Shown: positions 12,725-25,564, counted from the stretch's first letter. The stretch is 64,000 bases of DNA from Lama glama (GCA_028534125.1 CM052818.1:34660001-34724000); one strand, 5' to 3'. A program made the numbers and translations. Notes: a model not told the origin generated them from the sequence alone.

Positions 12725-14999
12725 CTTGGGAAACATTTGAAATTCATTAGTGTTTGAATTGCTGACTATTTGGATTACTTTTATTTTTATTTTAAAATTG
12801 TGACACCATGATTGACTTCTCCCTACTTTATCTCACAAAGCAAGTCCCAGTGTCATCTGTGTCCTCCACGCTGTCCTGACCTGTGTCTTCCATCCTCACT
12901 TCGTTATCACCAGAGTGCAGCAATGCAGACTTTTACTCCAGCTCTGGCCAACTGCCTGCTTCTCTGAAGTGCTAACCGGAAGATCCCCCTCACAGTCCCA
13001 TTGTAGGGTAGGAGCTGGTACCAATGGGAGGGATGTACCCTGCCCTCAATGACTGTTTGGTTTTTATTTTAGAATGGAGATGCTGGGGCGAGACATGCAC
13101 ACATTACAAAACAGACCAAATGCATTACAGCTGTAATGTAAAGCAGCCACTGTGAATTCCTCTGTGCGTTGGAGAGGAGGGAGGGCCCACAGCAGTGTCA
13201 GGCACCGATGGGACTATGGGGGGACAGAGCAGGAGATCATTTCCCATGTGCATTTTGGCTGTTAGACCTCTGTGTGTGTGTTTAAAAAAAAAATAGGAAA
13301 AAATAATAGAAAAAAAGTCAGTGCTCACTTTTTGTCTTTAAATATTTAAATGATTCAAATTGGAAGGAAAAAAGGAGAGGCATCTGTGTGTTTTAAAAGA
13401 CATGCTATATATTGCGTCCAATACATATTTTTTTTAGCAGAAAAAGCATAAGGATGAATCAAATGCTCTCTTAACAGTCAAGACCAGGACAGGTCCCTCA
13501 TCCCTCTACCTAGCATTTTCCTCATTATTCATCTTAACTCTCACATATGGAAAAGAATATACTTGATGTCCATCTACCCACCACCAGGACTTAACAGATG
13601 TTAATCTTTTGCCATATGTGCTTCAGAGCTTTTTTTTTTTTATTGTTTCAGCTAAAGCTCCAGCTCTGCACCATCTCTTTCCCTGTTATCCCCAGAGTTA
13701 ACTACTACCTTGAAATTGTTATCATTCCTATTCATATTTTATACTTTTACTGTATACGTTCATATCCAGATTCAATATAGTATTATTTTGTGCTTGTACG
13801 TGTGTATGCTTAAATGGTGTCCCACTGTTCCTAACCTCTTACAACATCTTTTACACTCAACATTTTTTTGAGGTTGATTCATATCAATAACATATATAAA
13901 CCTGGTTCATTTTAGTTTCTATATGGCTTTAAAGTATGGTAGCATATCATAAAGCTCTTGTGAGTTTGTTTATCCATTCTACTACTGATGCATGTTAGCT
14001 TGTTTTCACTTCTTGAGTCCTTCTTTAATAAATTTCCTTTCTGAAAAATGTTTCTTCTTCACAGACTAAAGAAAAAAAACAATCCGAGAGCCATATTCAA
14101 GTAAAAAACAATTCCTTAGCATATTTCTTTGTGTGTGTGAGAGCAATATGAAAAGCTGAGATCATTTCATTTTTAAAAATAAGAACAGGAAACCTAAAAC
14201 AACTCAAAAGCAAGGTATATAATTTGGCTCATTTTATGACCAGAAAGGGAGTCATAAGTACTTTCAGTTTCTAAATTACACATTTCTCAATTGTTTTAGC
14301 TTTGTTTCAACAAGCCAGCATTGCCCTGATAATCTAAAATCAAAGCTGCTTTAATGTTTTTAATGCTGTTGTTTGCTTACTTTCATATTCTTAATGTAGA
14401 TATTCTATTGTTACTCAAAGTGGAGTCTTAATTGAATACAGAGTCCAATTTGGTGAGATTTATTCTTTAGCTCTGAGACATAGGCCCAAACTAATTCCAA
14501 CTAAGATTTAAGGAGAGAGGGTGGTACCCAACCTCATTTTTATTTGACTTGGATATTGTGTGATCAGTTCACTTCCTTTTGGCAGTTGTGACCCATCAAA
14601 TGGCTTCTAATTATCTCATTATACCAATTAGGCTTAAGGAGGCTGGATTTTATCCTGTAAAGAATATTTCAAAAGGGAATAACTTGAGTGTTCTAAGAAA
14701 ATTTGAATGTTCTAAGAATACTTGAGCATATTCTTAAGCTTTTCTGTCATGCATTTAGAAAAGTGCTTTTTTAAAATGTAATAATAATGGTTATTGAAAG
14801 TACTACCCACATGCTACAAAGAGAGCAGTGTTTTAAGGGAATGGATATGATTGCCAGACTCTAATTCATTTAAAGGAAGGTTTAAAAGCATGTGTAATAA
14901 AGACAGATATAAGTATGCTAGGTGCATGCTACTTTGACAAGAGTATTATTTCAAGAGAACTGGAGTAACTTGAGAGAGAAGGAATTCAGGAAAATAACC

Positions 15000-16570
15000 C
15001 CAGAGTTTTATGAAGTCCTAGGAGCTCCTCACAGTTGTACATGCAGAGATCTGACCCTGAACAGCATACCATAGACTTTGAGAATTGTACTAAGACATAG
15101 ACCATTACCCAGATTCCATACTGGCCACCATATGGTACTTATATGCCGTAGATCTCAATAGTATCTCAAAGGCCTTGAAAAGAGAGCTGATGTTGAAAAT
15201 ACAATCCATGGGAGATGGGTCAGAACTTGTGACCTGAGCCAAACTGTCAATTGCCTGCTAAAACGAAAATATCAGTATTTTCCATAGGATTTAAACAAGA
15301 TCCAGAGTCTCATAACACAATATTCAAATGTCCAGTACAATCCATAATTACTTGGTATATGAAGAGCCAGGAAATCTCAATTCACATGGGAAAAAAACAA
15401 CAGATATCAGTGTTGAAATGACACAGGTTTTGGAATTATCAGAAAAAGACATTAAACAACTGTTATAAAAATGTCATGAATAATATGAACACACTTGAAA
15501 TGAATGAAATGTCTCAGTGAAGGAATAGAAGGTAGAACCAGATGGAAATTTTAGAACTGAAAAATACAATAACCAATAATTTTTAAATTACTGTTTGTGC
15601 TTTGTATTGGCTTCTTATTGCTGCTGTAACAAATTTCTACAACTGCAGTGACTTGAAACAAAACAAATATAGTAACTTATAGTTCCAAGAGTCAGAAGTC
15701 GGCAGTGAATCTTATAAAGTCAGAATCAAGATGTCAGCAGAGTTGCATTTCTTCTACAGACTCCAGGGAAGAATACGTTTTTCCCTCTCCTTTTCCAGTC
15801 TTTAGAGGCTGCCTGCATTCCTTAGCTTATGGCAACCTCCCTCCAGCTTTAAAGTGCATCACTCAGACCTCTGCTTCTGCTGAAGATCTCCTTTTTTGTC
15901 TCTCACATTCCTATCTCCCTTTTGTAAGGACCATTGTGATTACATTGAGCCCACCCAGATAATTCAGTATAATCTCCCTACCTCAGGATCCTTAATTACA
16001 TCTGCAAAATTCTTTTTGCTGTTAAGGTTACATATACACAGGTCCTTGGAACTAGGAAGTAGACATCTTTGGGTCGCCATTCTGTCTATCACAGGCTCAG
16101 TAGTAGAGTGGAGATGACAGAGCAAAGAGTCAGTGAACTTAAAAATAGATCAATAAAAATTATCCAGTCTGAACAACAGAGAGAAAAAAAGATTGGAAAG
16201 GTGAACAGAGCCTGGGGGTTCTATGGGAAAATACCCCCCCCAATCTAATAGTTGTGTCATTATAGTCTAAGAAAAAGAGGAGAAAGAATGTGGTGCAGAA
16301 AAAAAAAAACTGAAGAAATAATAGCTGAAATGCTCAAATTTGATGGAATACATAAATCAACAGATGCAGAAAGCTCAGTGAACTGAAAACAGGTTATGTT
16401 TAAAGAAAGCCTAGCTTAGACCCATCATAACAGTTAAAAAAGACAACAGAAAAAAATCTTGGAAGCAGCCACAGAGGATATGATATATTACTTACAAGGA
16501 ATTTGTGATTCAAATGACTGTGGATTTTGCATTAGAAACCATGAAAACCTGAAGAAAGTGGAACAACATT
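15000..16570 (+). mobile_element. Old L1 5'/ORF1 remnant interrupted by an MLT1 LTR
   Basis: ORF1-like purine-rich tracts (ttttagaactgaaaaatacaata, gagtcagtgaactt). Confidence 0.7.
15603..16093 (+). mobile_element. MaLR LTR (MLT1-type) nested in L1
   Basis: Starts TGTATTGG...ttgctgctgtaacaaat, ends ...tctatcACA. Confidence 0.8.
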
Positions 16571-19289
16571 TTCTAAGTACTTCAAAGATCATCTAGTTTA
16601 TCTCCTTCATTTTATTGATGTGAAAACCAAGGTCTAGAGAGATGGAGCGGTCGTCTTGAATTTCCAGGCTCTTTAATCTCATATCTTAATATAATGACCA
16701 TTTTTCCATCGTCACAGTCACAGTTTTCCTGGCATTTCTGAGCATGTGATAATAACAAAATAACAAAAACTTGCTCTAACTAGCACAAGCAAAAAGGGAA
16801 ATTATTAAAAGAAGTTGGGGTCTTCAATGGAACTCAGTATCAGGAGTGCAAATAAGCATCAAGAATAAATTAAGGTTGAAATGATGGACTTTCTTCATGT
16901 TTGTCTTTGTTTTTATCTGCACATTAGCTTCACTTTGAGCTCAGATAATTTTCCCAGTTCACATGACAGAAAACCAATAGCTGCTGAGTTTACATGTTGC
17001 AGGGCCAACCCAGACTCTAGGTCCCAGTTCGCAAATTACCCTGGAAGAGAGAAGTTGTTCTAACTTGGTGTTAGGTGTATTCCAAGGACTGCACTGTAGT
17101 CAGGAGGCAGCGTGACCTTGTGCAAAATGCCTACATCCGCAGTAAACCTGTGATTTAAGGGTGGAGGACAGTTTCTAGGAAGTGGTACAGAAAATAAGTG
17201 GAATATACCAGTAACAATAGGTTTTTAGCACAAGTACCTGCAATTTTTTACTCATGATACTTAGGTTTCTTTAGGGCTTCTAACAAAGTGTTCAAAAATA
17301 TTTTCTAGGCTTACTGACTTTATAGAATCTATTTATGTATATATTTTATCATTAGTTAAATGAAGTTTTTCAGTTTTCTCTCACTAGAATATCGAAATAA
17401 ATCTTGTTAAAATCAGTACTGCATGCTGTTGGTGAGGAATGCTTACTCCTTTCTTCTCACATTTCCAAGAAGGGAGGGTGCTTCCATTCCCCATAAGGAT
17501 ATAGTCTCCGTTTCCTCTCTCATTTCCCCAAGCAAAAAGTGACCTATCTGATGGGTAAGAGGTGGAGAATAAGCTCTGAGTCCTCCCTCTTTTGAAGTAG
17601 CCAGTCCTCCAGACTCATTCTCAGCTCCTCTATCCCCAGAGGGAGCCCTGGAGATGTCCAGCGATGTCAGTGACTGGGTAAGTAAATTCAGTTCAAGGAG
17701 GATGTATTGGGAAGTGCATCTGGCTCACATCCAAACCACTTTCTCACACTCAGCATTTCCAGTAATGAAGCTAATTTTGATCTCTAGCTGCCTGACTCCT
17801 ATGTCTGCTTTTCCATTAGTTATCTCTTTGCAAACCTAACACACAGTTGTGCACTTAGAGAAAATTATTCTTCTTTCATGGAGTAATATTACCACCTTGT
17901 AACCATTTGTGATTTGTATGAGACATCTCATATTTTTCATATTCAAATCAGTCATCTTGTCTTACATGGTCTCAGGATTTCATTTCATGCTTAGGAAGGC
18001 CATCTACACCTCCAAGCTATAAAATGATCTTCATAGATGGGTCTAAATAGAGAATGTGCTTAGCAGATATTTAAGTTTATTAAAATTTTTCATACCCTGG
18101 ATTATACATTACAATCAAGCAGGCTCCTGGCTTAGAGGATTTGAATTTGAATTTTTTTATCTTTAGAAGAAAAAATTCTGTTCCACTCCAATGTCCTAAT
18201 CCTCCCCATAGGTTTATTTACATACACACACACACTCAGCATACAACCTCTCAGAAGCCCCCACATCTTATAGGGATCAAAGATAGTATCAGAAATTCCA
18301 ATAGTTTCTTCAGCTTCTTTAAGTTGTGCCTTTGAACAAATACTTTAGTACAAATGCTGAAGCAGGGTTTTCTGTACTATCCCAGACAGCAAGTATGAAA
18401 TCTCATTCTAGGATCCAAAGTTAGATGCTTAAATCATACGAGATCTGAAATTCTCGCTGCTGAATCACTTTGTATCAACTACTTTCTAAAATTTGTTGAT
18501 GTCAGAAATACCCTTAATTTTTATGAAGACATATATAGCACCTGGCTTTTTGTTAAAATACTTCTTGTTGCCATATATTTCGCAGATCATGCATTTTATA
18601 GCATCAGACAATTTTAAGCACATACTTTCTGTGTTAGAGTTTTCTGCCTCCACCAAGAATTTGTTGATTAGCTATTACTGAAGCTGCACTGCATCAAGAT
18701 CACCAGTTGGGTAAATAGCTGTGCACTCCCCCTACTGCCCGCTTCACACTGTCCCATGACATGCCCTGCCACTGGCCAAGGCTAGGTAGCAACCAGAAAA
18801 AAATGCTATATTCCATAATAACTGTCATGATCTCTGTGCCCAAATCTTATTTTTTGGCAAATGCACCAAGACACATTTAATGACACTGAATCTCTAGGAC
18901 CTAGCATAGTATCCGACACCAGTGCTTAATAAGTATTCATTTAATGGATATATGAATGGATTCACAATAGTTTCTTTAAATTTTATGTAGCCCTATGAAA
19001 ATAAAGTTTGTTTTATTAAATAGGAGTTTTACTACTTATAAGGAACACACCCACAGACCCATAATTATGGCTGTTTCCCAACTTAATTTCTGGACTACAA
19101 ATTTGCCTCCAGACTAAGGTCCATACTCTTACTGGAGGTCTTCACGGCCATTCACAGTCTGACCCATATCTGCCTTTCCAGCCTCATTGATCATTATATT
19201 CCTTAAATAGACCTTCCCAGAAAAACCAAGTTTGAAGGTCTGTCTTGGTGCTTTATATCACCATACTGCATATCCCGTGTATTAATAAT

Positions 19290-20547
19290 AAAAAATTTGA
19301 TTTTTTGTGTTTAGTATGAGACGAGTCCAAACTGATTCTTCTGCATGTGGATATCCAGTTGTGCTATTCTCCTATTGAATCATCTTGGCACCATTGTCAA
19401 AAATCATGAATGTTAAGAGTTCATGTCTGGATTCTCAATTCTATTATATTGATCTAAATATCTGTCTTCATGAAACTACTGTCTTCTGTTGGCCCAATGA
19501 TGTCCTTCAAAGTCCAAGGACCCCCATTCCTGGGTTCTCAGATGTCTGACATTCTCTGCTGGGTGTGTTTCCCCTAGCAAACTGATTGCCTCAGGTAATG
19601 CCTACCTTATTAGTCATAGACCCCACCTCCCTTCATGGACCCTAAACCTCCTACCTCACCTACAACCAACCAGAGACTTGCACACAAGACAATCAGGCAT
19701 CCTGTGACACAACCTTATAAAAGACCCCAACAACCAGCCCTCAGTGCTCATGCAGGCACCCCTCACCTGGGTGACTCGCTGTTGCCTATGACAGCATACC
19801 CTAATAAACTCCTTTCTATTCTTATACTTAACCTCTAGTAAATTCTTTTGCCAACTCACATGTCACTGGCTCACCGACCGGCCGCCCCATTGTGTCTTAC
19901 ATCATTATTATAGCTTTGTAGTAGGTTTTGAAATTCGAAAGCCTAATTCCTCCAAAATTTTTCTTCATTTTCAATATTATTTTGGCTATTCTCAGTCCTT
20001 TGCATTTCTGTATAAATTTTGGAATCAGCTTGTCAATCTCTGCAAAAAAAAAAATCCAGCTGAGATTTTGATAGATTGTGTAGAATCCATAGATTAATTT
20101 GGGGAGTATTGCCATCTTAACAGTATTAAGTCTTCTGTTCCATCAACACGGAATGTCTTTCCATGTGTTTCAATCTTTTTTTATGTCTTTCAACAATACT
20201 TTCCTTTTCAGTTTTCAGTGTCCACTCTTGCACTTCTTTTGTGTCATTTATTCTTAAATATTTTATTCTTTTTGATGCAATTGTGAATGGAATTGTTCTC
20301 TTTATTTCATTTTCAGATTGTTCATTGCTAGTGTATAGAAATACAATTGATTTTGTATATTGATCTTCTATCCTGCAACTTTGCTGAACTTGTTTAATTA
20401 GTTCTAATGGTTTTTTAGTAGATTCCTTAGGATTTTCTAAATATATGATCATGCCCTCTGTGAATAAAGATAATTTTACTTTTCCTTTCCAATCTAGGTA
20501 TGTTTTAGTTCTTCTCTTGCCTAATGGCCCCAGAAGAACCTCCAGTA
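19290..20547 (-). mobile_element. L1 ORF2 (reverse-transcriptase region) fragment, interrupted by an LTR
   Basis: ORFs 20126-20452 (MIIYLENPKESTKK...) and 19897-20115 (MAILPKLIY...FKTYYKA) are L1 ORF2p. Confidence 0.93.
19487..19901 (+). mobile_element. Solo ERV-type LTR inserted in L1
   Basis: TG...CA ends, TATAAAA 19716-19722, AATAAA 19803-19808. L1 sequence resumes on both sides. TSD not clear. Confidence 0.75.
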
Positions 20548-20559
20548 CTATATCTCTGT

Positions 20560-20740
20560 GACCTCTTTTGGCTGCTCATTGGCCTTCTTTGGTTCCTTGT
20601 AGATCTCAGCTGTCTTCCAAATAGTCATATTTGCTGAATTAAGGACCTTTAGATAAGTAAAGTATTCGTGGGCTGATTGATTTTTATGCCCATACTTTCC
20701 ACAAACACCTGTTTTCATATTACATTCATTTCCTTGCTTC
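20560..20740 (-). pseudogene. Possible ODF2-family-like remnant, segment B
   Basis: ttttcttttcctaag| acceptor then EARK*M*YENRCLWKV, versus recalled ODF2 ENKQLSLKV. Weak on its own. Confidence 0.3.
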
Positions 20741-22049
20741 CTTAGGAAAAGAAAACTTCTTGAATACTGTCTTCTTTGTGGAATCAAATTCTGTCCTATT
20801 TTAAATTTATATTTTTAACCAGAAGGTCCTATTATGCTATACTTTCCCCCTCTGTCCAGATTCCCTAGATTCAGAGTCAGAAGACCTGGCTTTAAGCATC
20901 AACTGGCTGTGTACTCTTCGGCAAGTCATTTTCCCCTCTTGGCTCCTTTTCCTCTTCTGTAAAGGAAGAGTTGAAGTAGATGATATATAAGCTCAGGTCC
21001 CACCCCCACCCCACCCCCATTCTAACAACTTATCATGTAATAGTTCTAATAATTTAAAGCCATGTCAGGTGGAAAGTAAATAAATTAGGATTTATATGGG
21101 ATAAAATGCCAAGCTACCTTTATTCTTTAGTAACCTATTAGTTTACATAGTAAAGGAGGTTTTACGATAACCTGTTTGGATACAGATAAGAAAAGCCTGG
21201 ACCTTTGTAACCAAAGACTCCCACTGACACAGCCTGGGTAGCTCAAAGCACAAAGGAATGGAAAGGGAAGTTCCTTTGCTCAGGGTACAACCTAGGAGCT
21301 CAGAAAAGCTGCCAGCTGGGGTAAAAACTTACTGGTTTCAAATTATCATTCTGTATATAGAGAGGCAAAGGCCAATAGCCTTATGGTTGACCTTGGATTT
21401 GGGAGTCAGCAGGTGGCAGCAATAAGTATCTGTTTGTCTGAACCCCACCCTAGGCCAAAGACCTGATTCAGCCTGTGGGTGCTCCCTGACGACCAGGGAC
21501 ACCTGGGCAAACCTGGAGGCCTCTGAACCTTGTTGGTCCATAAGAAAGAAGTTGAGATTGTAAAATCTGATTTTTTTATTAAGATTTTTTTCCCTTAGAG
21601 AATTCAAAACTTTTAAATGTAGAAAAGTAGAAAAACATACCAAATCCTACCATTTAGTTACCACTACTGTTAATGTCTTGGTGTATTTTATCTGTTGATT
21701 GATTCATTTAATATAAATATTACTTAAGGCCCCTGGTACCTGGTGCTAGACTCTGAGGAACTCTGAGGTCAACGCAACAGATGCTTTGTGGATCTGCAGC
21801 ATTTCCTTCCAGTCTTTTCTTGGGCATTTTTTGTACATTCAAAAATGTTTCAACTTCTCTAAAATGACAGGAGCTGCTTCAAATATATTATTAAAGAAAG
21901 CTCAGTTCTACTAATAGTTTTATACAGTTTGGACATCTCGGCTGTCATTGAACCAGGAATACGTTGTTATCCCCCTGTTATTCTCACTTCTGGTCATACA
22001 TTCAAAGGGGTTTAGATGAACTGGGAATTAATTAGGGAAAATTATGTTT

Positions 22050-22516
22050 TGGAGGTAGACTCCTTAGGAGGTCTCTCCAGCTCCAGCTCCGTTGACTTTC
22101 TAATATTCTCTAGGAACTTGTTCCTTCAGTGTCTCTGTTTCCAGGTGGAGCACCCTCCCTCTGTGCAGTCTGTCCTTGCCTCTCCTGACTGGAGGCTACC
22201 ATTGCTCAGTCTCCGTCCGGCACTGAAGCAGCTTGCCTCCATGGTTCTCAGTTTTGCCTCTCTCTTCTGTAATTCCTGGTCCTTGAGAGCCCCCGTTGAG
22301 CATTGTCCAGGTCCACTTAGTGCTTTGACTGACCCCTTTTGGCGACAGTAGCAGATGCTGTTGGTGTCCGTCTCCCCCAGGGCCATCTGAGACCACCTGC
22401 AGCTGCAGTAGATGGTTTCCCACGTGCTGGTAGTGCCCCACCAAACACTTGTGTCTTTTCTCTCTGGTTCTCAAATCTGATTCTTCACCATTGTCATGTT
22501 TTCTGAAATCAATCAT
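22050..22516 (-). pseudogene. Decayed ODF2-family-like coiled-coil coding remnant, segment A
   Basis: Frameshifted translation EESDLRTREKRHKCLVGHY / DLDNAQR / ELQKREAKLRTMEA-KLLQC resembles recalled ODF2 EVQQLKASVKNYEGMIDNY / EIEAARR / DLQQLPDILKITEAKLAEC. Confidence 0.55.
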
Positions 22517-22647
22517 TTACAGAGTCTTTGCTCCCATGCATGTATTTGCTCTGTGTGTTTGCTGTTCCTTTAACAGTGACCCTAGCAAGGGGGATTTGAA
22601 GTGGTGGTGAAAGTGGAAGCATACTGAGGCTAGATTTCTACCCTAGG

Positions 22648-22648
<1 letters not shown>

Positions 22649-22679
<31 letters not shown>
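22649..22679 (+). repeat. (TG)n microsatellite
   Basis: Perfect TG repeat. Confidence 0.97.
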
Positions 22680-22683
<4 letters not shown>

Positions 22684-24012
22684 CAGCCCTTTTTTTTTTT
22701 AATTAAAAAGATGCCTATGGTTAGAAAAAATATATATCAAATAGCACACAGACCATTCAGACCCTTAATCCCATTCCCCAGAAACAACAACTATCGCCAA
22801 GTTTCTGGTGCATTCTTCCAGAAATATTCCAGGTATAAAAAGCACGAGTATCTAATATAGATCCCCTTTTTTACATATAGAGGAGCATCATATATACTTT
22901 AAATTTCACCATATATATTAGGGTTCACCCCAAATAGTGCGACTTCCTGTTTTCTTCCCCCATAACAATGTTCTGTGGTTTGGAAATGCCATAGTTTACT
23001 TAACCTGTCCTTTTTGAATGGACATTTGGATTGTTTAACTCATTTGCTATCACAAACAACTCTGCCTTGAACATCCTTTTACACATATTTTTCTACAAGT
23101 ACACTTTGATCAGCACTGAATATAATCAATATCTTCTTTTGTTAATTAGTAGATGACAAAGAATATTTTCTTATTTAAATTTGCATTTCTTACATCTTAA
23201 GTTAGATGTTTTTATATGTTTATCAAACTTTGAAATTTTTTCCTTTAACTGCCTGTTCCTATTTTTTGTCCATTTTCTATCTTACTGATGTGTAAGATAA
23301 AACATTATATTAAAATTAGCCCTTTATTCAATTATAGTCCTTCAAATATGTTTTCTTTTTTGCCTTTTTACCCTAACATTCTTTTCATCCTAAATTTAAG
23401 ACTTTTTAGACAGTCTAATTTCTTTCCTTTCTGGCTTTTGTGTTTTATATGGTTTAGAGAAGCCTTCCTCGCTTCAAAATTATTTTGTGAAACTACTGGA
23501 TAATTTCTCCTGGTATTTTTCCACATTCTTTGTTACATTTAAGACTCTAGTCTATCTGGAAATTATTTTAGGATAGCAATCAGCTCTAATGTTTGTCTTT
23601 TCTAACCTTGGCTCTTTGATCAATAATCCAGCTTTCTGAGAGTTCCAGATCAATCCAGATTTCCCAGATCCTTGGGGATGTGACTGAACCTGGCTTATTG
23701 ACACATTGTTGGTTGTGGCCTAGGACTGCCAAGTCCTCTCCTGCCAACTGAGCCCATCAGACCCAGGTCAGGGGTGTGGGAACCTGGGGAGACCATTCTC
23801 ACCGGGGCAGGTGGGCTCCAGGTGGCCCCACAGTGACTTGGATGCCCATCTGACTGTAGCATGGGCTGTAGCACTTCCTCTGTAAATTTGGCTCTGGCTC
23901 CCTTCCACTCTTGCCGCCCATCCCATCTGCACAGCACCCCAGCCAGCTCTTCTCTGAGGAAATTTGCATCATGCAGCAGCAGGAGGGCTCTTGAGGACTG
24001 CTTCCCTGAGCC

Positions 24013-24096
24013 ATGGTCTGTTCGGCTGCTCCTTTGCTACTCCTGGCCATGACTCTCCCCCTGGTCGGGTCACCAGATGCCCAAGCATCCCAGCCT
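24013..24096 (+). CDS. ADGRF3: ADGRF3 (GPR113) coding exon 1, signal peptide
   Basis: MVCSAAPLLLLAMTLPLVGSPDAQASQP; Kozak GCCATGG; donor CCT|GTGAGT, phase 0. Confidence 0.92.
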
Positions 24097-25080
24097 GTGA
24101 GTAAGACTGGGGTGAGGACCCAGGGAAGGTCTGCAGAGGTGACAACAGGGACTTCTGGGTGTGAGGGGCAGCAAGATGTGGAACAAAAAGATAGGTGGAG
24201 GGGAAGGGGCTAGAGAGGAAGTGATGTATTTTTTTAAAGGCTGGTTTGTTATAAGATCTCCAAGAGTTCATTCAGTCTTATTTTCCAGGGTGTGAGGATA
24301 GCTCGTTTCTTTATTTGAGTCCCTATGAACGCCAGTGATGCCTGCTGCACTTCGGATAGAGGCTCTTCCGGTCAAGCCTGCAATTTGAAAATGAAAAGAA
24401 AAAAGCTTTCTAAACTTGGGAACCATTGGCATAGAGGACGGGAGAGAATCTGCATGAAGGCAGCAGAGTCCAGTTTAGCACTTTAGGATTTCCCTTTTCT
24501 CCCATATGGATCTCTCTCTGACTCTCCACATCCTTATCCATATCAGCGCCTGTTTTTAGACAGATATCCCCACCCACCTGCATTTTGAGAGAAGGAGGAA
24601 TTGGTGAGGAATAATTTACAGGCACCAGAGACTAAAGGAAGATGCTGCCTTCTGCTCAGGCTCCTGGCAATCCCTCTGGAGGGAATAAAGCCCCCAAGCC
24701 TCTGGGCCCCAGGCAGCTCTGCCCAGTCCCCCACCCCATCCCATCCCCTAGAGCTCCAGACCCAGCCATTTCAATTAGCCTAGAGGCCCAGGGGCAGGTG
24801 TATTCAGGAAGGAATTAAGCAAAGCATGTTGACTCACGGGGTGTGCCTGGTTTCTGGATTCTGGTGGGATTTGCAGGCCGTGGCAGGATCCATGGGGCTG
24901 TATCCCCGTACCTCCTCCCAGAAGCCTGCTTTCCCCTCCTGATGTGCCCGCTTGATTCCAGGCAAAAAGAGACGGAGTTGTACCAGATTAGCCAGGCTGG
25001 CAGTCTGGGGAAGAAGGTGGCCCTGGGAGAAATGTGGGGTCAGGTCTCCTCAGAGGCCTCTCCCCTGTGCTCTGTTCTAG

Positions 25081-25141
25081 GGACACAGTCAGGCTGGAGG
25101 GGAATCTGGGCAGCAACTGGACCAAGAAAGTGGAGCAGGTG
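25081..25141 (+). CDS. ADGRF3: ADGRF3 exon 2
   Basis: Acceptor ttctag|; GHSQAGGESGQQLDQESGAG; donor G|GTGAGT, phase 1. Confidence 0.88.
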
Positions 25142-25564
25142 GTGAGTGGACAAACAGAAAGAGGACGCAGGAGGAGGAGGGGGAAGCAGGGAACAAGGCA
25201 GAAAGAAAGGACTGGGAGAGGTACAGAGAGAGGGGAGCGGGTGGTGGGTTAAAGAGAGAGACCAGGTCCTGCGCTGGTCACACAGGTCCTTACACAGTTC
25301 TCTAGCGAAGCCTTGAGAAGATCATTCATCCTGGAGTCTCATCTATAAATGGGTGTTGTTGGGTGACATGAAACAGCGTAGGGGAAGGCACCGTAACTGG
25401 GTGAGGAGTTACCACTTTCCTGAGTCCTTTCTGTGCCTGGAGGGGCTTGGGGAGGTGGGACGGGCTCCGGGTTCCTGGTTGTGACAGCTAGGTGTGGGGT
25501 GCAGAAGGGGACTGTTCATGGCCTTGCTGCCTGTCCTCTCCAGCTGTCCCCTCTGCTCCTGCAG

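Noticed and set aside
12294..12750. Plus-strand ORFs of 141 and 83 aa
   Set aside because: Antisense shadows of the GC-rich minus-strand remnant; no recognisable product.
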